Shown here one piece after another: positions 28,839-38,518 of a stretch of 64,000 nucleotides of DNA. A model generated the notes under the pieces. That model was not told where the DNA came from, made no database searches, and was given only the letters and a program-made list of their open reading frames with translations. The translations under genes were made by a program, and so were the position numbers. Where the stretch lies: NCBI GenBank assembly GCA_025453395.1, contig JALOQK010000002.1:474509-538508 (forward strand), in the 5' to 3' direction. This stretch comes from Candidatus Omnitrophota bacterium (GTDB taxonomy: Bacteria > Omnitrophota > Gorgyraeia > Gygaellales > Profunditerraquicolaceae). Positions within the stretch are counted from its first letter, which is position 1; each line of letters starts with the position of its first letter.

Positions 28839-29569
28839 CTCTTTTCCTTCCTAAAACTGGACAAAATAAATTCTATTTTTAATTTCATGAAATCCGATAA
28901 AAGTTTGGCTATAATCCCCGGAAGCTTATTTGTAGAAAGCCAACGCGAATCTCCATATGGCCTTTTGTAGTGTTTCACCGGAACCTCAACCACGCGGTAT
29001 CCTTTATGATGTGCGCGCACTAAAAACTCCGTAGAAATAAAATCTGAAATTATTCTCCCCTCCAAAACGCTATCCAAGACTTTTTTACGCATAACCCTAA
29101 AACCACAATTTATATCATGCATTCTTATGCCAAACAACAACCCCACAATGGTATTCATGCCGTTTGAGATACGGCAACGCATATGCCCATCCAGGCGCGG
29201 GAATTTATATCCGGTAATTAGATCAAAATCATCAATAAAGGGGATCATTTTCCAGAAATCAGCCGGGCTATGTTGCCCATCGGAATCACTGAAGAAAATT
29301 ATATCATTCTTAGGCAGCTTAAAAGCATCCCAAACTGCTTTAGCGTAGCCCTTGCGGTCATTGCTTGTCACCAGCTTAATGGGCAGCTGCTTAGCAAGCC
29401 GCGCAAGAACCTCTTTTGTCCCATCAGTGCTGCCATCTTCAGCTACAATAAACTCTGATCCGGGTATTTTACTTATTACCTGATCATAGTAATTACGCAC
29501 TACCTGCTCAATGATATCTACTTCATTATGCACCGGAATTATCAAAGAAATCTTATCTTTATTCACCAA
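28835..29569 (-). CDS. GT2 polyprenyl-phosphate glycosyltransferase-like protein
   Basis: IPVHNE, EDGSTDGT, DSDGQH, DINCGFR. Confidence 0.85.
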   Translation of the reverse strand: MVNKDKISLIIPVHNEVDIIEQVVRNYYDQVISKIPGSEFIVAEDGSTDGTKEVLARLAKQLPIKLVTSNDRKGYAKAVWDAFKLPKNDIIFFSDSDGQHSPADFWKMIPFIDDFDLITGYKFPRLDGHMRCRISNGMNTIVGLLFGIRMHDINCGFRVMRKKVLDSVLEGRIISDFISTEFLVRAHHKGYRVVEVPVKHYKRPYGDSRWLSTNKLPGIIAKLLSDFMKLKIEFILSSFRKEKR

Positions 29570-29575
29570 GGCCCC

Positions 29576-30676
29576 CTATCTTATTATTTTCTGCAGTAAA
29601 CCTAAAATCCCTCCGATACTAATAGCCTGTACAGGGCATACCTCTTTGCAACAAAAACAAGCAATACATTTACGCGCATTGATCCTTGGGTATTTATCAA
29701 AATCTATTGCCTTAACTGGACAAATCTCATAACATTGTTTACAGGATATGCACTTCTTTGAAGACACCTTAAGTTTAACTTTGCGCACCATATTTAATAT
29801 TAGTTTAGCCGGCAAAGATTCGCCTTGCGCTTCTTTGTTGTAGGTAGAAGGCAGCTTAAAATTACTTAACCTTTCCAAATTCCCGATAATTTGCATTTTC
29901 TTTATATCCGCTTGCCCTAAATTTTCTTCTCTGGCAAGACGCATAGTATCTACCTTTGCCGGATCAGCGCCCATCATATAACAGATGATTGCGTCTACGG
30001 CCACGGTATCATTTGAAGCAATAACTTTATTAATATTGCGAAGATCTGAACTATTTGGCCCATCGCCCTGCATGCCGACAATTGCATCCATAATCACTAA
30101 ATCAGGGGGCCGGATTTTAAAAACCTCAACCACTGCTTTTGCGAACTTCTTATATTCCGGGAACATGCTGTGAAGCTTAGTTTTTTCCGAGCCTACTAAA
30201 AGGCCATAGCTATTCTTTATGCCTGCGGTAATAATAGTATTAAGATGCGTCTTAAATTTAGGCAAAGAAATAAAATAATCGCATTCTAAAACAGCCCTTG
30301 CTACAGCAGCTTCTGGGTAACCGGGGATCCCGGTCTTAACCTGTGCCGCACTCTTGCCGATATTTATATAATGACCTTTTGAGGCCTCATAGATACCAGT
30401 GACCTTAGCCACAGATTCATTATCCCCATAAGCCCTGGGCATGCCGCAATTGTCACCCACAACAACGCTTGCGCCATGGCTTATAAGGTAATCTACAACA
30501 CTTGATACAACCGCAGGATGAGTAGTTACCCCCTTATCCGGAGCAAAACTACCTAAAAGATTGGGTTTAACAAATACTTTTTTGCCTTTAAAATCATATT
30601 TAAACTCCTGAAAGACTTTTTCGATATCATGCTTTATTCTATTATAATCAGTATCCAAGATAAGGACCTTGCTCAT
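29576..30676 (-). CDS. DUF362 protein with C-terminal 2x[4Fe-4S] ferredoxin domain
   Basis: VKPN, TTHP, LPKFKTH, KN.YG, GDGP; CISCKQC...CP and CIACFCC...CP. Confidence 0.85.
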   Translation of the reverse strand: MSKVLILDTDYNRIKHDIEKVFQEFKYDFKGKKVFVKPNLLGSFAPDKGVTTHPAVVSSVVDYLISHGASVVVGDNCGMPRAYGDNESVAKVTGIYEASKGHYINIGKSAAQVKTGIPGYPEAAVARAVLECDYFISLPKFKTHLNTIITAGIKNSYGLLVGSEKTKLHSMFPEYKKFAKAVVEVFKIRPPDLVIMDAIVGMQGDGPNSSDLRNINKVIASNDTVAVDAIICYMMGADPAKVDTMRLAREENLGQADIKKMQIIGNLERLSNFKLPSTYNKEAQGESLPAKLILNMVRKVKLKVSSKKCISCKQCYEICPVKAIDFDKYPRINARKCIACFCCKEVCPVQAISIGGILGLLQKIIR

Positions 30677-31728
30677 TTTTTGCCCCTCTTATTTAAATAC
30701 ATATTTACCAAAGCCCCTTTCATTGTGGCCGGGTCAAAACTTATAAACTTGCTCAATTCAATATACCCAAGATGCATGCAGGTAACACACTTTGTATTTT
30801 TTCCAATATAATCCCAAGCCTTCTTAAAACCAAGATCAAAACAATTTAAACCCTCTCCCCATCTTCCGGTACAAGAGCTTACCGTTCCATCGGTATCAAT
30901 AATACAAGAGGTCAACGTCTGCTGACAACGAGTATATCGTACTTTTTTGCCGCGAAGATCTTCTGGAAAGATAACTCGCTTTTCCCCAAAAGGCCAATTT
31001 AAAACCTCTTCCATGGCCAACACAGAATTCATAATCGGCCAACCATCTTTTTTATACTGAATAAACTTATGATAAAACTTTCTTCTTTCATCTTCGCTAA
31101 GCACTAAATTAGTATCTGCCATATCCGGCCTGGCGGCTTCTGATAAATTAAACGAAACATTGTATTTCTTGCTTAAATTCAAAAGATGCTCTAAAGAATC
31201 CATGGTATAACGCATCAAAACCCCATGGAGCCTGACTACCATGTTATTGGCTAAAGCTACCTCGATAGCCTCAATAACTTTATTATAACATCCCTTGCCC
31301 CTGACGCGATCATTCTGCACTGGATCTCCGTCAATACTTATACAGATACTGCTCAAGTTCTTCAACTGTTTAACCTTTTGAGGCAGAAAATAACCATTTG
31401 TGTTTAGGTCGCAAACTATGCCTTTCTTGTGCGCATAGTCAATCAGCTCCCCGATATCCGGACGCATCAATGGCTCCCCTCCTAAAAAACGCAGCCATCG
31501 CGTGCCGCAAGAATGCAGCTGATCAAAAAGCTTCTTCCATATCTGGGTACTTGGCTCTGGGACTTGCTTAAGTTTCTCGAAATCAGCATAACAATGGATA
31601 CAGCGCAAATTACACATTTTGGTAATATGCACCTCTACCCTTAACGGAATCCTTTTGCCGGTTATCTTGGCATAAAGCATTTTTGTTAAGGGACTAACCC
31701 AGGGCTTTATCTTGCGAATTAAACCCAA
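30673..31728 (-). CDS. Radical SAM protein (paralog of 38519-39562)
   Basis: CNLRCIHC, GGEPLMR, C-terminal C...C...C..C; TTG start. Confidence 0.85.
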   Translation of the reverse strand: MGLIRKIKPWVSPLTKMLYAKITGKRIPLRVEVHITKMCNLRCIHCYADFEKLKQVPEPSTQIWKKLFDQLHSCGTRWLRFLGGEPLMRPDIGELIDYAHKKGIVCDLNTNGYFLPQKVKQLKNLSSICISIDGDPVQNDRVRGKGCYNKVIEAIEVALANNMVVRLHGVLMRYTMDSLEHLLNLSKKYNVSFNLSEAARPDMADTNLVLSEDERRKFYHKFIQYKKDGWPIMNSVLAMEEVLNWPFGEKRVIFPEDLRGKKVRYTRCQQTLTSCIIDTDGTVSSCTGRWGEGLNCFDLGFKKAWDYIGKNTKCVTCMHLGYIELSKFISFDPATMKGALVNMYLNKRGKK

Positions 31729-31729
31729 T

Positions 31730-33196
31730 TTAACCCTCTCCTGTTATGCGGTACTTCCTGAACAAATTAATAAAATCCTTGCTTCTACAGGTTAAGCAGA
31801 GCGTAATAAATTGCCAAATTAATATTGGATGCTTTAAAACAATACCAAATAAATCAAGAATAAACTTCGGCTGTTTTAAATAATCCAATACCGTCTTATA
31901 AAATGAGCCCTGAACCATGGAATCATATATCTGATAAAGCTCCTTCTCATTAAAATTGATAAACATGACAGGCCGCGCGTTATGCCCTTGAGTATCCCAG
32001 AAAATTTCTTCTGGCTTTATCCATCCTTGAGCGCTGGCCTGTTGGTACAATTCGCTTCCCGGATAAGGCGTACAAAAACCAATCCCCAAATAATCGGGCT
32101 TTATTTCCTTAAGTAGTTTACGCGTCATCTCCAGATCTTCCCTTGTTTCTTGAGGGCTGCCAATCATAATCGTAGCCAAGGCGCGAAGTTTATTCTTATG
32201 CGCGGCGGCAAAAGCTTTTTTGGTAAGATCTATAGTTATGCCTTTTTTAATGGCATTGAGCACTTTCTGTGAACCTGACTCAACCCCCAAGTCTACCTGG
32301 ACACAACCGCTTTCTTTAAGCTTCTTGGCGACACTATCTGTAAGATAATTCACCCTGGCCTGGCAGGCCCAGGTAAGATTTAATTTCCGCTTTTTTATCT
32401 GTTCACAAAATTCAAAAACCCTTTCCGGCCTGATGACAAAAGTATCATCTAATATCCAAAAGGCTTCGATCTTATAATTACGCTTTAGAAACTCCAGCTC
32501 ATCAACTACATCTTTTATTGAACGCTCTCTGATTTCATACCCATGGGTAATAGCGCTTGCGCAAAAAGTGCATCTGCCGGGACAACCGCGAGCGGTAAAC
32601 ACCCAGCCGCACCTTAACCATAAACCACGGATTGCATAGTTATTGGCAATATAATGCTCTGCGTTTATCAAATGATACGCCGGCATAGGAAGCTTGGAAA
32701 CATCCTCAAAGCCAACCCTGTCTTTTGTCTTGATATATTTTCCAGCGGAATCTTTAAAAACAATAGAAGCTACATCATTTAATGCAACATTCTGCTCTAA
32801 ATGCTCAACTGTCTTTAAAAGAATACTTTCTCCCTCGCCTAAAACAGCAACATCCGCACCTAAATTTAGAAAAAACTCTGGCAAGGCTGTGGCATGCGTT
32901 CCCCCCACAATTACTTTTACAGCCGGATAATTTTTCTTAATAAGGGGGATAAGTTTCTTTAAAACTTCCGTGTGCGAAGAAAGGCAAACAAATCCTACAA
33001 GATCGATATTTTCTTGCGCTATTTTGTTTAATAATTGATCAAAGGAAAATTCTTTTTTACCATAGGTATTAAGTTCCTCTATTTGCACAAAACGCCCAGA
33101 CTTTTCCAGGACTGCCGCTAAATAAAGCAAGCTAAAAGGCGGAGAAAAGCCAATAACTGGGTTTACAAGAAGATTTTTAAACTTCTCCATAAGCAT
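31730..33196 (-). CDS. B12-binding radical SAM protein (class B-like)
   Basis: GGTHAT, GEGE, RGCPGRCTFC, DDTF, GVESG, TPYPG. Confidence 0.9.
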   Translation of the reverse strand: MLMEKFKNLLVNPVIGFSPPFSLLYLAAVLEKSGRFVQIEELNTYGKKEFSFDQLLNKIAQENIDLVGFVCLSSHTEVLKKLIPLIKKNYPAVKVIVGGTHATALPEFFLNLGADVAVLGEGESILLKTVEHLEQNVALNDVASIVFKDSAGKYIKTKDRVGFEDVSKLPMPAYHLINAEHYIANNYAIRGLWLRCGWVFTARGCPGRCTFCASAITHGYEIRERSIKDVVDELEFLKRNYKIEAFWILDDTFVIRPERVFEFCEQIKKRKLNLTWACQARVNYLTDSVAKKLKESGCVQVDLGVESGSQKVLNAIKKGITIDLTKKAFAAAHKNKLRALATIMIGSPQETREDLEMTRKLLKEIKPDYLGIGFCTPYPGSELYQQASAQGWIKPEEIFWDTQGHNARPVMFINFNEKELYQIYDSMVQGSFYKTVLDYLKQPKFILDLFGIVLKHPILIWQFITLCLTCRSKDFINLFRKYRITGEG

Positions 33197-34682
33197 CCTT
33201 CTTTTTTGTCCTCCAGAAATAGCTTGTAATCGTGCTTATTACAAACACCGGATGATTCAGCATAAGCGCGCCCCAGCGAAATATAAAAGCGCGAAAATTC
33301 CTCAAGACTAATCCAGCATTTAATTTAAAGGCCTCGCTGAAATATATTTCCTCAAGCTGTTTGCGGGTAAAATTCTCAGTGTCGTAACTAGCGGTGCTAA
33401 ATTCTGAGCGCAAAAAATCATGCCCTTCTGGGATGTAGCCCTTTTCTTTGCAAATACGCATAAGGTCTGTCCCGGGAAGAGGCGTGGCAATTGACAAAAA
33501 GACCGAATCCGGTTTTATTTCCCGGATAAAGGAAAATGTCTTTTTGATCTCCTCCATCGTCTCTCCAGGATACCCCATAGAGAAAAATGTGCTAATCACA
33601 AGTCCTAACTTCTTGGCGATTTTCATGTTAGTTCTTACAATATCTAAGCTTACCGGCTTGTGGATAATATCTTTTAATACCCTATCGCTTCCGCTTTCAA
33701 CCGCAAAACGAAGCTCATACGCCCCGCAATCTTTCATCGCGCGCATCATTGGCTCATCTAACGATGCTACTACCAGGCCGTTTGGTGTCGACCAACGCAG
33801 ATTAAACTTACCTTGTTTGATTTGACTAAAAATCTTCATTGCCCTGTTATAATCAGAAGTCAAGCTATCATCAGTAAACTGTAATTCTTTGATCTTGTAG
33901 GTCTTAACCAAATGCTCTATCTCGGTCAAAACATTTTGCGGACTGCGGCAACGGTATTGGCGCAGCCAATAGTTTTTGCCAAAGCAAAAAATACAATTAT
34001 AAGGGCAGCCTCGTGAAGTTATAATGGTCAGGCTTCTTTTAATAAAAGAGAGATTCTGGTTTAGGTTTATTTTGAAATATTTTTCTATAGGCACCAAATG
34101 CCGCGCGGGAAAAGGCAGCTCATCAAGATTTTGAATCAATTTTGTTTTAGGATTCACTATAATTTTATTGCCTTTGCGATAAGCTATGCCATCAATAGCG
34201 CTAAAATCACTCCCGCCAGAATTCAATACTCCCACCAAGTCCCTAAATGGATACTCCGCCTCATGCATCAAAACAAAATCCACATGAGAATGATATTCTA
34301 AGGTTTTATCGGGAAAAAGCGTGGGATGCGGGCCGCCTAACACCGTAACGATATCCGGCGAAACCTCTTTTACGGCAGCACAGGCATCTAATGAATTGGT
34401 AAACTCTAATGATGACTGACAGGCAACGCCGACTACACCGGGCGAAAAATCACGAATAACCTTTTTTATGCTATCATAACTTAAACCATAGCGGATATGG
34501 CGGGAATCAATATTCTGCTGATTCTTAAAACCCTCTAAGGCAGCGTCTAAAACCTTAACCTGATAGCCGCTTTTTTCCATAACCGCGGCAATATAAAGTA
34601 CCCCTAAAGAAGGAGTGGTGATCTTTAACCTGCCCACAGGCAATGTGCAAGGAGGAATTAACAGGAGTATTCTTTTATTCAT
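33177..34682 (-). CDS. B12-binding radical SAM protein (class B-like)
   Basis: GGPHPT, SRGCPYNCIFC, VESG, TPLPGT. Confidence 0.9.
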   Translation of the reverse strand: MNKRILLLIPPCTLPVGRLKITTPSLGVLYIAAVMEKSGYQVKVLDAALEGFKNQQNIDSRHIRYGLSYDSIKKVIRDFSPGVVGVACQSSLEFTNSLDACAAVKEVSPDIVTVLGGPHPTLFPDKTLEYHSHVDFVLMHEAEYPFRDLVGVLNSGGSDFSAIDGIAYRKGNKIIVNPKTKLIQNLDELPFPARHLVPIEKYFKINLNQNLSFIKRSLTIITSRGCPYNCIFCFGKNYWLRQYRCRSPQNVLTEIEHLVKTYKIKELQFTDDSLTSDYNRAMKIFSQIKQGKFNLRWSTPNGLVVASLDEPMMRAMKDCGAYELRFAVESGSDRVLKDIIHKPVSLDIVRTNMKIAKKLGLVISTFFSMGYPGETMEEIKKTFSFIREIKPDSVFLSIATPLPGTDLMRICKEKGYIPEGHDFLRSEFSTASYDTENFTRKQLEEIYFSEAFKLNAGLVLRNFRAFIFRWGALMLNHPVFVISTITSYFWRTKKKDAYGEV

Positions 34683-36167
34683 TTATACGCTTAAATCCTG
34701 GTTAAACTTTTGATAAATACTTTCCAAGAAATCCATCGCCTTGCCCTTTCTTAAAGCAAGCCATAATGCCTTTATTACAAAAACCGGATGCCCCAAAATC
34801 GTCATAATCGCTCTTAGCAGGTACTTCGGACTATTTAAAAAAGCGATCATAGTTTGCATGTTATTACGCCAGAAAAAAGCATTCTCTAAAGAAGCGCGTA
34901 TTTTCACCAATTGATCAGCTTTGAAGCTTGCCTGCATTACCGGCACATTAGACTGCTTATTAGTCCATCTTTGATCAAAAATAATCTTTTCATCAACAAA
35001 CCATTTATTCTCTATAGCCATCTTATACAATGGCGACCCCGGATAAGGAACTAATATCAGAAATCCCACTCCTGCGGGAGCCAGTTTAGCTATTTTTCTT
35101 GTTTGCTCTATATCCTCTATTGTCTCTTCGGGATTGCCGATAATAAAAGTGGCAAAAGATTCCATCTTTACTTTCTTAAGATTACTAAAAGACCGCGCGA
35201 TCATTTCTTGAGTAATGCCTTTTTTTAAAATCTTTAATATCCGGTCAGACCCAGATTCACATCCAATGTCAACTTGCACACAGCCCGCTCTCTTTAGCAT
35301 TTCTAAAACAGATAGCTCGCCTGCTATGTCCGCGCGGGTCTGGCAACCCCAAAACATATTGACCTTCTTATCAACTATAGAACGGCAAAAATCATCAAGC
35401 CAATTTCTATCCGAGGCAAAGGTATCATCATTAAAATATATCCCTTTAACCGCGTGATTATCCCGCAGATAAACCATCTCTTCTAAAACATTTTCTACGG
35501 AGCGCCTGCGGATCTTTGCCCCATGCACAATCTTACTTGCGCAAAAAATACACTGATAAGGACACCCCCGGGAGGCATACATGGTAGTAACCCCTTGATA
35601 AAACTTGCCTCTTAATATCCCCGGAGGAGATAAATACCATTTAAAAGAAGGCGCTACCAACAAACTCCTGTCAGGTATAGGCAAAATATCCAGATCCTGG
35701 ATGAAATCCCCTCTGCCGTTATCAACGATCTTCTTGTTTCTATCTCGGTATACAACGCCTCTTATGCCAGATAAATCCATGTCCTGGGAAAGCCGATCGC
35801 AGACATCCAGCATAACAAACTCTGCTTCGCCAACAACCACAAAATCAATATTGGAATCCTCTAAAACTTCTTCCGGCAAAGCTGTGGCGTGCACCCCTCC
35901 CCAGCAAATTTTGCTGTTCTTATTCTCCTGGCGCAAATAAACGGTATATTCATGGGCCACTTGAAAGCCGGTTGTAAGCACACTTACTCCTATTAGATCC
36001 GGATTGAAATCCCTGATCGTATCTAGATTTTTCCTATGCGATGAAGGAAATGAATCAATAATCCTAACATCGCACCCGGCATTTCTTAGCATTGTCCCAA
36101 TATACAAAATCCCCATCGGAACAACGGGAGTATAATTCTCGCGAAAGAATATTAAGACAACGCGCAT
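34683..36167 (-). CDS. B12-binding radical SAM protein (class B-like)
   Basis: GGVHAT, GEAE, SRGCPYQCIFC, DDTF, ESG, PYPG. Confidence 0.9.
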   Translation of the reverse strand: MRVVLIFFRENYTPVVPMGILYIGTMLRNAGCDVRIIDSFPSSHRKNLDTIRDFNPDLIGVSVLTTGFQVAHEYTVYLRQENKNSKICWGGVHATALPEEVLEDSNIDFVVVGEAEFVMLDVCDRLSQDMDLSGIRGVVYRDRNKKIVDNGRGDFIQDLDILPIPDRSLLVAPSFKWYLSPPGILRGKFYQGVTTMYASRGCPYQCIFCASKIVHGAKIRRRSVENVLEEMVYLRDNHAVKGIYFNDDTFASDRNWLDDFCRSIVDKKVNMFWGCQTRADIAGELSVLEMLKRAGCVQVDIGCESGSDRILKILKKGITQEMIARSFSNLKKVKMESFATFIIGNPEETIEDIEQTRKIAKLAPAGVGFLILVPYPGSPLYKMAIENKWFVDEKIIFDQRWTNKQSNVPVMQASFKADQLVKIRASLENAFFWRNNMQTMIAFLNSPKYLLRAIMTILGHPVFVIKALWLALRKGKAMDFLESIYQKFNQDLSV

Positions 36168-36170
36168 AAA

Positions 36171-37673
36171 TTAAATTCTTTTTCTTTTTAAGCCTAACTT
36201 CTTCTTGATATGCCAAAAATAATAACTTACGTATTGGAACCCGGATAAATCTCTTTTTGCAAACATAACAATAAAATCCACAACAAATAAAGTTAACCCT
36301 TTAGGCAAATACTTAAAATACTTTTGCAGATTATATTTGAGTATAAACTCTACTAGAGGCTTGGGCAAAAGAGGCATCGCCCTAAAAAGTATTTCATAAT
36401 TCTTGAACACTTTAAGCAAATTCCTGTTTTTTAAATATCCGTGCGAGCCGGCAATATAACAGGGAGATTCTCCTTTATTGATTGCCTCTATATCGCTTGA
36501 GGTGAGCATATCCAAACTCTTGGCAATATCTACCAAATCGGTATTGGGAAAATAGGTAGTCCAGAAACAGGTGATCCTTACCCTATTCCTAAAACCCGCG
36601 TAAGAACGCGCAGCCAATATCTGGTCCTCTTCTTTCTCGCCCGGTAGCCCAAACATATGATCGCAGGAATATTTTAACCCCACCTTGTCGCATATCTCAA
36701 AAGTCTGAATGATCTTGCTATTTTTCTCGTTCCTGAAAAGATAGTTCTTTTTAGTATCCTCGTTAAAAGTCTGCACGCCAAACTGCACCCGATGACAGCC
36801 TGCCTCCTTTAGAGAGCGCGCTGTATCCTCGTCTATGCATAGAGGATGAGAAATAGCCCTGAAGGGGACATTGATTTCTTTCTTGTAACGATGCATCAAT
36901 TCTTGGGTCCATTTCTTATCAACAGTCAAAACGCTATCGTAAAACCCCACTTCGCGGTAATTATAGCGCTTTTTCATTATGATCAATTCCTGCATTACAT
37001 TATCCACGCTCCTGCGGCGCTTATCCCTTGTATTATTGAATTTAGACATAAAATTCTGCGAGCAGTATGAGCAGGCATACGGACAACCCTTGGCAGTCAT
37101 TGTCATATACATGCGGCTTATATTAACCTCGTCCTCGAAAAGCTTTTTATCCAAAAAAGGCAGCTTTTCTAAATCAACAAGCGCTCTTACGGAATTACGG
37201 ATAATCCCTTTTTTGGTTTTAAACCAAATATTTTTGATGCCGTAATCAATATTCTTTTTTTCCATGCTGTTCAATAATTCCAACATCGCCTCTTCGCCTT
37301 CGCCAGTACAAACCATATCTACGCAAGGAAGCGAAATAATATAGTCTGGCTTGGCAGTCGGAAAGACCCCGCCAAAAATGACCGGAATATTCTTTATTTT
37401 CTTTACATCCTGGGCAACTGAAACTGCCCATCTGAAATTATCTGTAAAAACCGAAAAACCCAAGACATCAGGCTTAGAATCTATGATTTTCTTAACTAGG
37501 GCTTTTCTATCATCAAGTATCCTGTGCAGCCAAGGGATCTTAAAATAATTAACATCATCGAACAGCGCCGGATCAAAAACGAGGTTAACCGTATGACCAT
37601 GCCTTTTCACAAAGGCTGAAATTGCCTCTAAACTCAAACTCTCTGCCCCCATGAAAACAACCGTTAATCGCAT
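36171..37673 (-). CDS. B12-binding radical SAM protein (class B-like)
   Basis: GGVFPT, GEGE, KGCPYACSYC, GLPGE. Confidence 0.9.
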   Translation of the reverse strand: MRLTVVFMGAESLSLEAISAFVKRHGHTVNLVFDPALFDDVNYFKIPWLHRILDDRKALVKKIIDSKPDVLGFSVFTDNFRWAVSVAQDVKKIKNIPVIFGGVFPTAKPDYIISLPCVDMVCTGEGEEAMLELLNSMEKKNIDYGIKNIWFKTKKGIIRNSVRALVDLEKLPFLDKKLFEDEVNISRMYMTMTAKGCPYACSYCSQNFMSKFNNTRDKRRRSVDNVMQELIIMKKRYNYREVGFYDSVLTVDKKWTQELMHRYKKEINVPFRAISHPLCIDEDTARSLKEAGCHRVQFGVQTFNEDTKKNYLFRNEKNSKIIQTFEICDKVGLKYSCDHMFGLPGEKEEDQILAARSYAGFRNRVRITCFWTTYFPNTDLVDIAKSLDMLTSSDIEAINKGESPCYIAGSHGYLKNRNLLKVFKNYEILFRAMPLLPKPLVEFILKYNLQKYFKYLPKGLTLFVVDFIVMFAKRDLSGFQYVSYYFWHIKKKLGLKRKRI

Positions 37674-37681
37674 TTAATAAA

Positions 37682-38518
37682 TTAACCTTTCGTTTTGTTC
37701 TGAACAAAATGTAACAATGATGCTGTAGGCGGGCAAAATACGCGGAAAGGCGTCATGCCGCTTGTGCCCAACCCGGAATTAACATGCAAATAAGTATCCC
37801 CAAATTTAAATAAACCTCTGTTGTATTTTCTTTGAAAGGAAGAAATGGTAACAAGCGGACCGATAAATGGAAGCCGGATCTGGCCTCCGTGCGTATGGCC
37901 AGAAAGCATAAGCTGCATATCAAGCCCTTTTAAATTTTCCATAATATCCGGCAGATGGGAAATAACTATCTTATATGAATCTTTATCCATCCTGGATACA
38001 AATTCCCTTAAAGAACTGATCTCTTTATCAAAGTTGCGCCAGATCTTCAGGCGGTCATACCCAAAAGGCCCCTCAATGCCGGTAATATCCAATCTTACTC
38101 CATTAACACAGAATTTCTGGTATACATTATCTAATACATTGATGCCCTTGTTCTCTAATTCTCTTCTTAGAAGCGAAATGTTGTTTTCCTTAAGCCTGCG
38201 CAAAAAAGGAAAAAACAAAAACTCTTTTAAACCCAAACTATGACGATCATGGTTTCCGTATCCGGCCAAAACCCCATAGCGCGGCTTTAACAAGCCCAAA
38301 TAATGCGCACACGCACCTATGCCCCGATTATCATCAATCATGTCCCCGCTTATAATCGTAAAATCAGAATCAATATCCTGAATTTGCGCGAATATACGGT
38401 CAAACCGTTTACTGCGGTTTATAAAATGAAAATCTGAAATATGAAGTATTTTCAAACCCTCTAAAGCTTGGAATTTACTGGGCAGATTAATACTTATGTC
38501 TTCTTTTACAAAATCCAA
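37682..38518 (-). CDS. Calcineurin-like metallophosphoesterase
   Basis: SDFH, GDMID, GNHD, SH.PD, GHTHGGQ. Confidence 0.9.
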   Translation of the reverse strand: MDFVKEDISINLPSKFQALEGLKILHISDFHFINRSKRFDRIFAQIQDIDSDFTIISGDMIDDNRGIGACAHYLGLLKPRYGVLAGYGNHDRHSLGLKEFLFFPFLRRLKENNISLLRRELENKGINVLDNVYQKFCVNGVRLDITGIEGPFGYDRLKIWRNFDKEISSLREFVSRMDKDSYKIVISHLPDIMENLKGLDMQLMLSGHTHGGQIRLPFIGPLVTISSFQRKYNRGLFKFGDTYLHVNSGLGTSGMTPFRVFCPPTASLLHFVQNKTKG

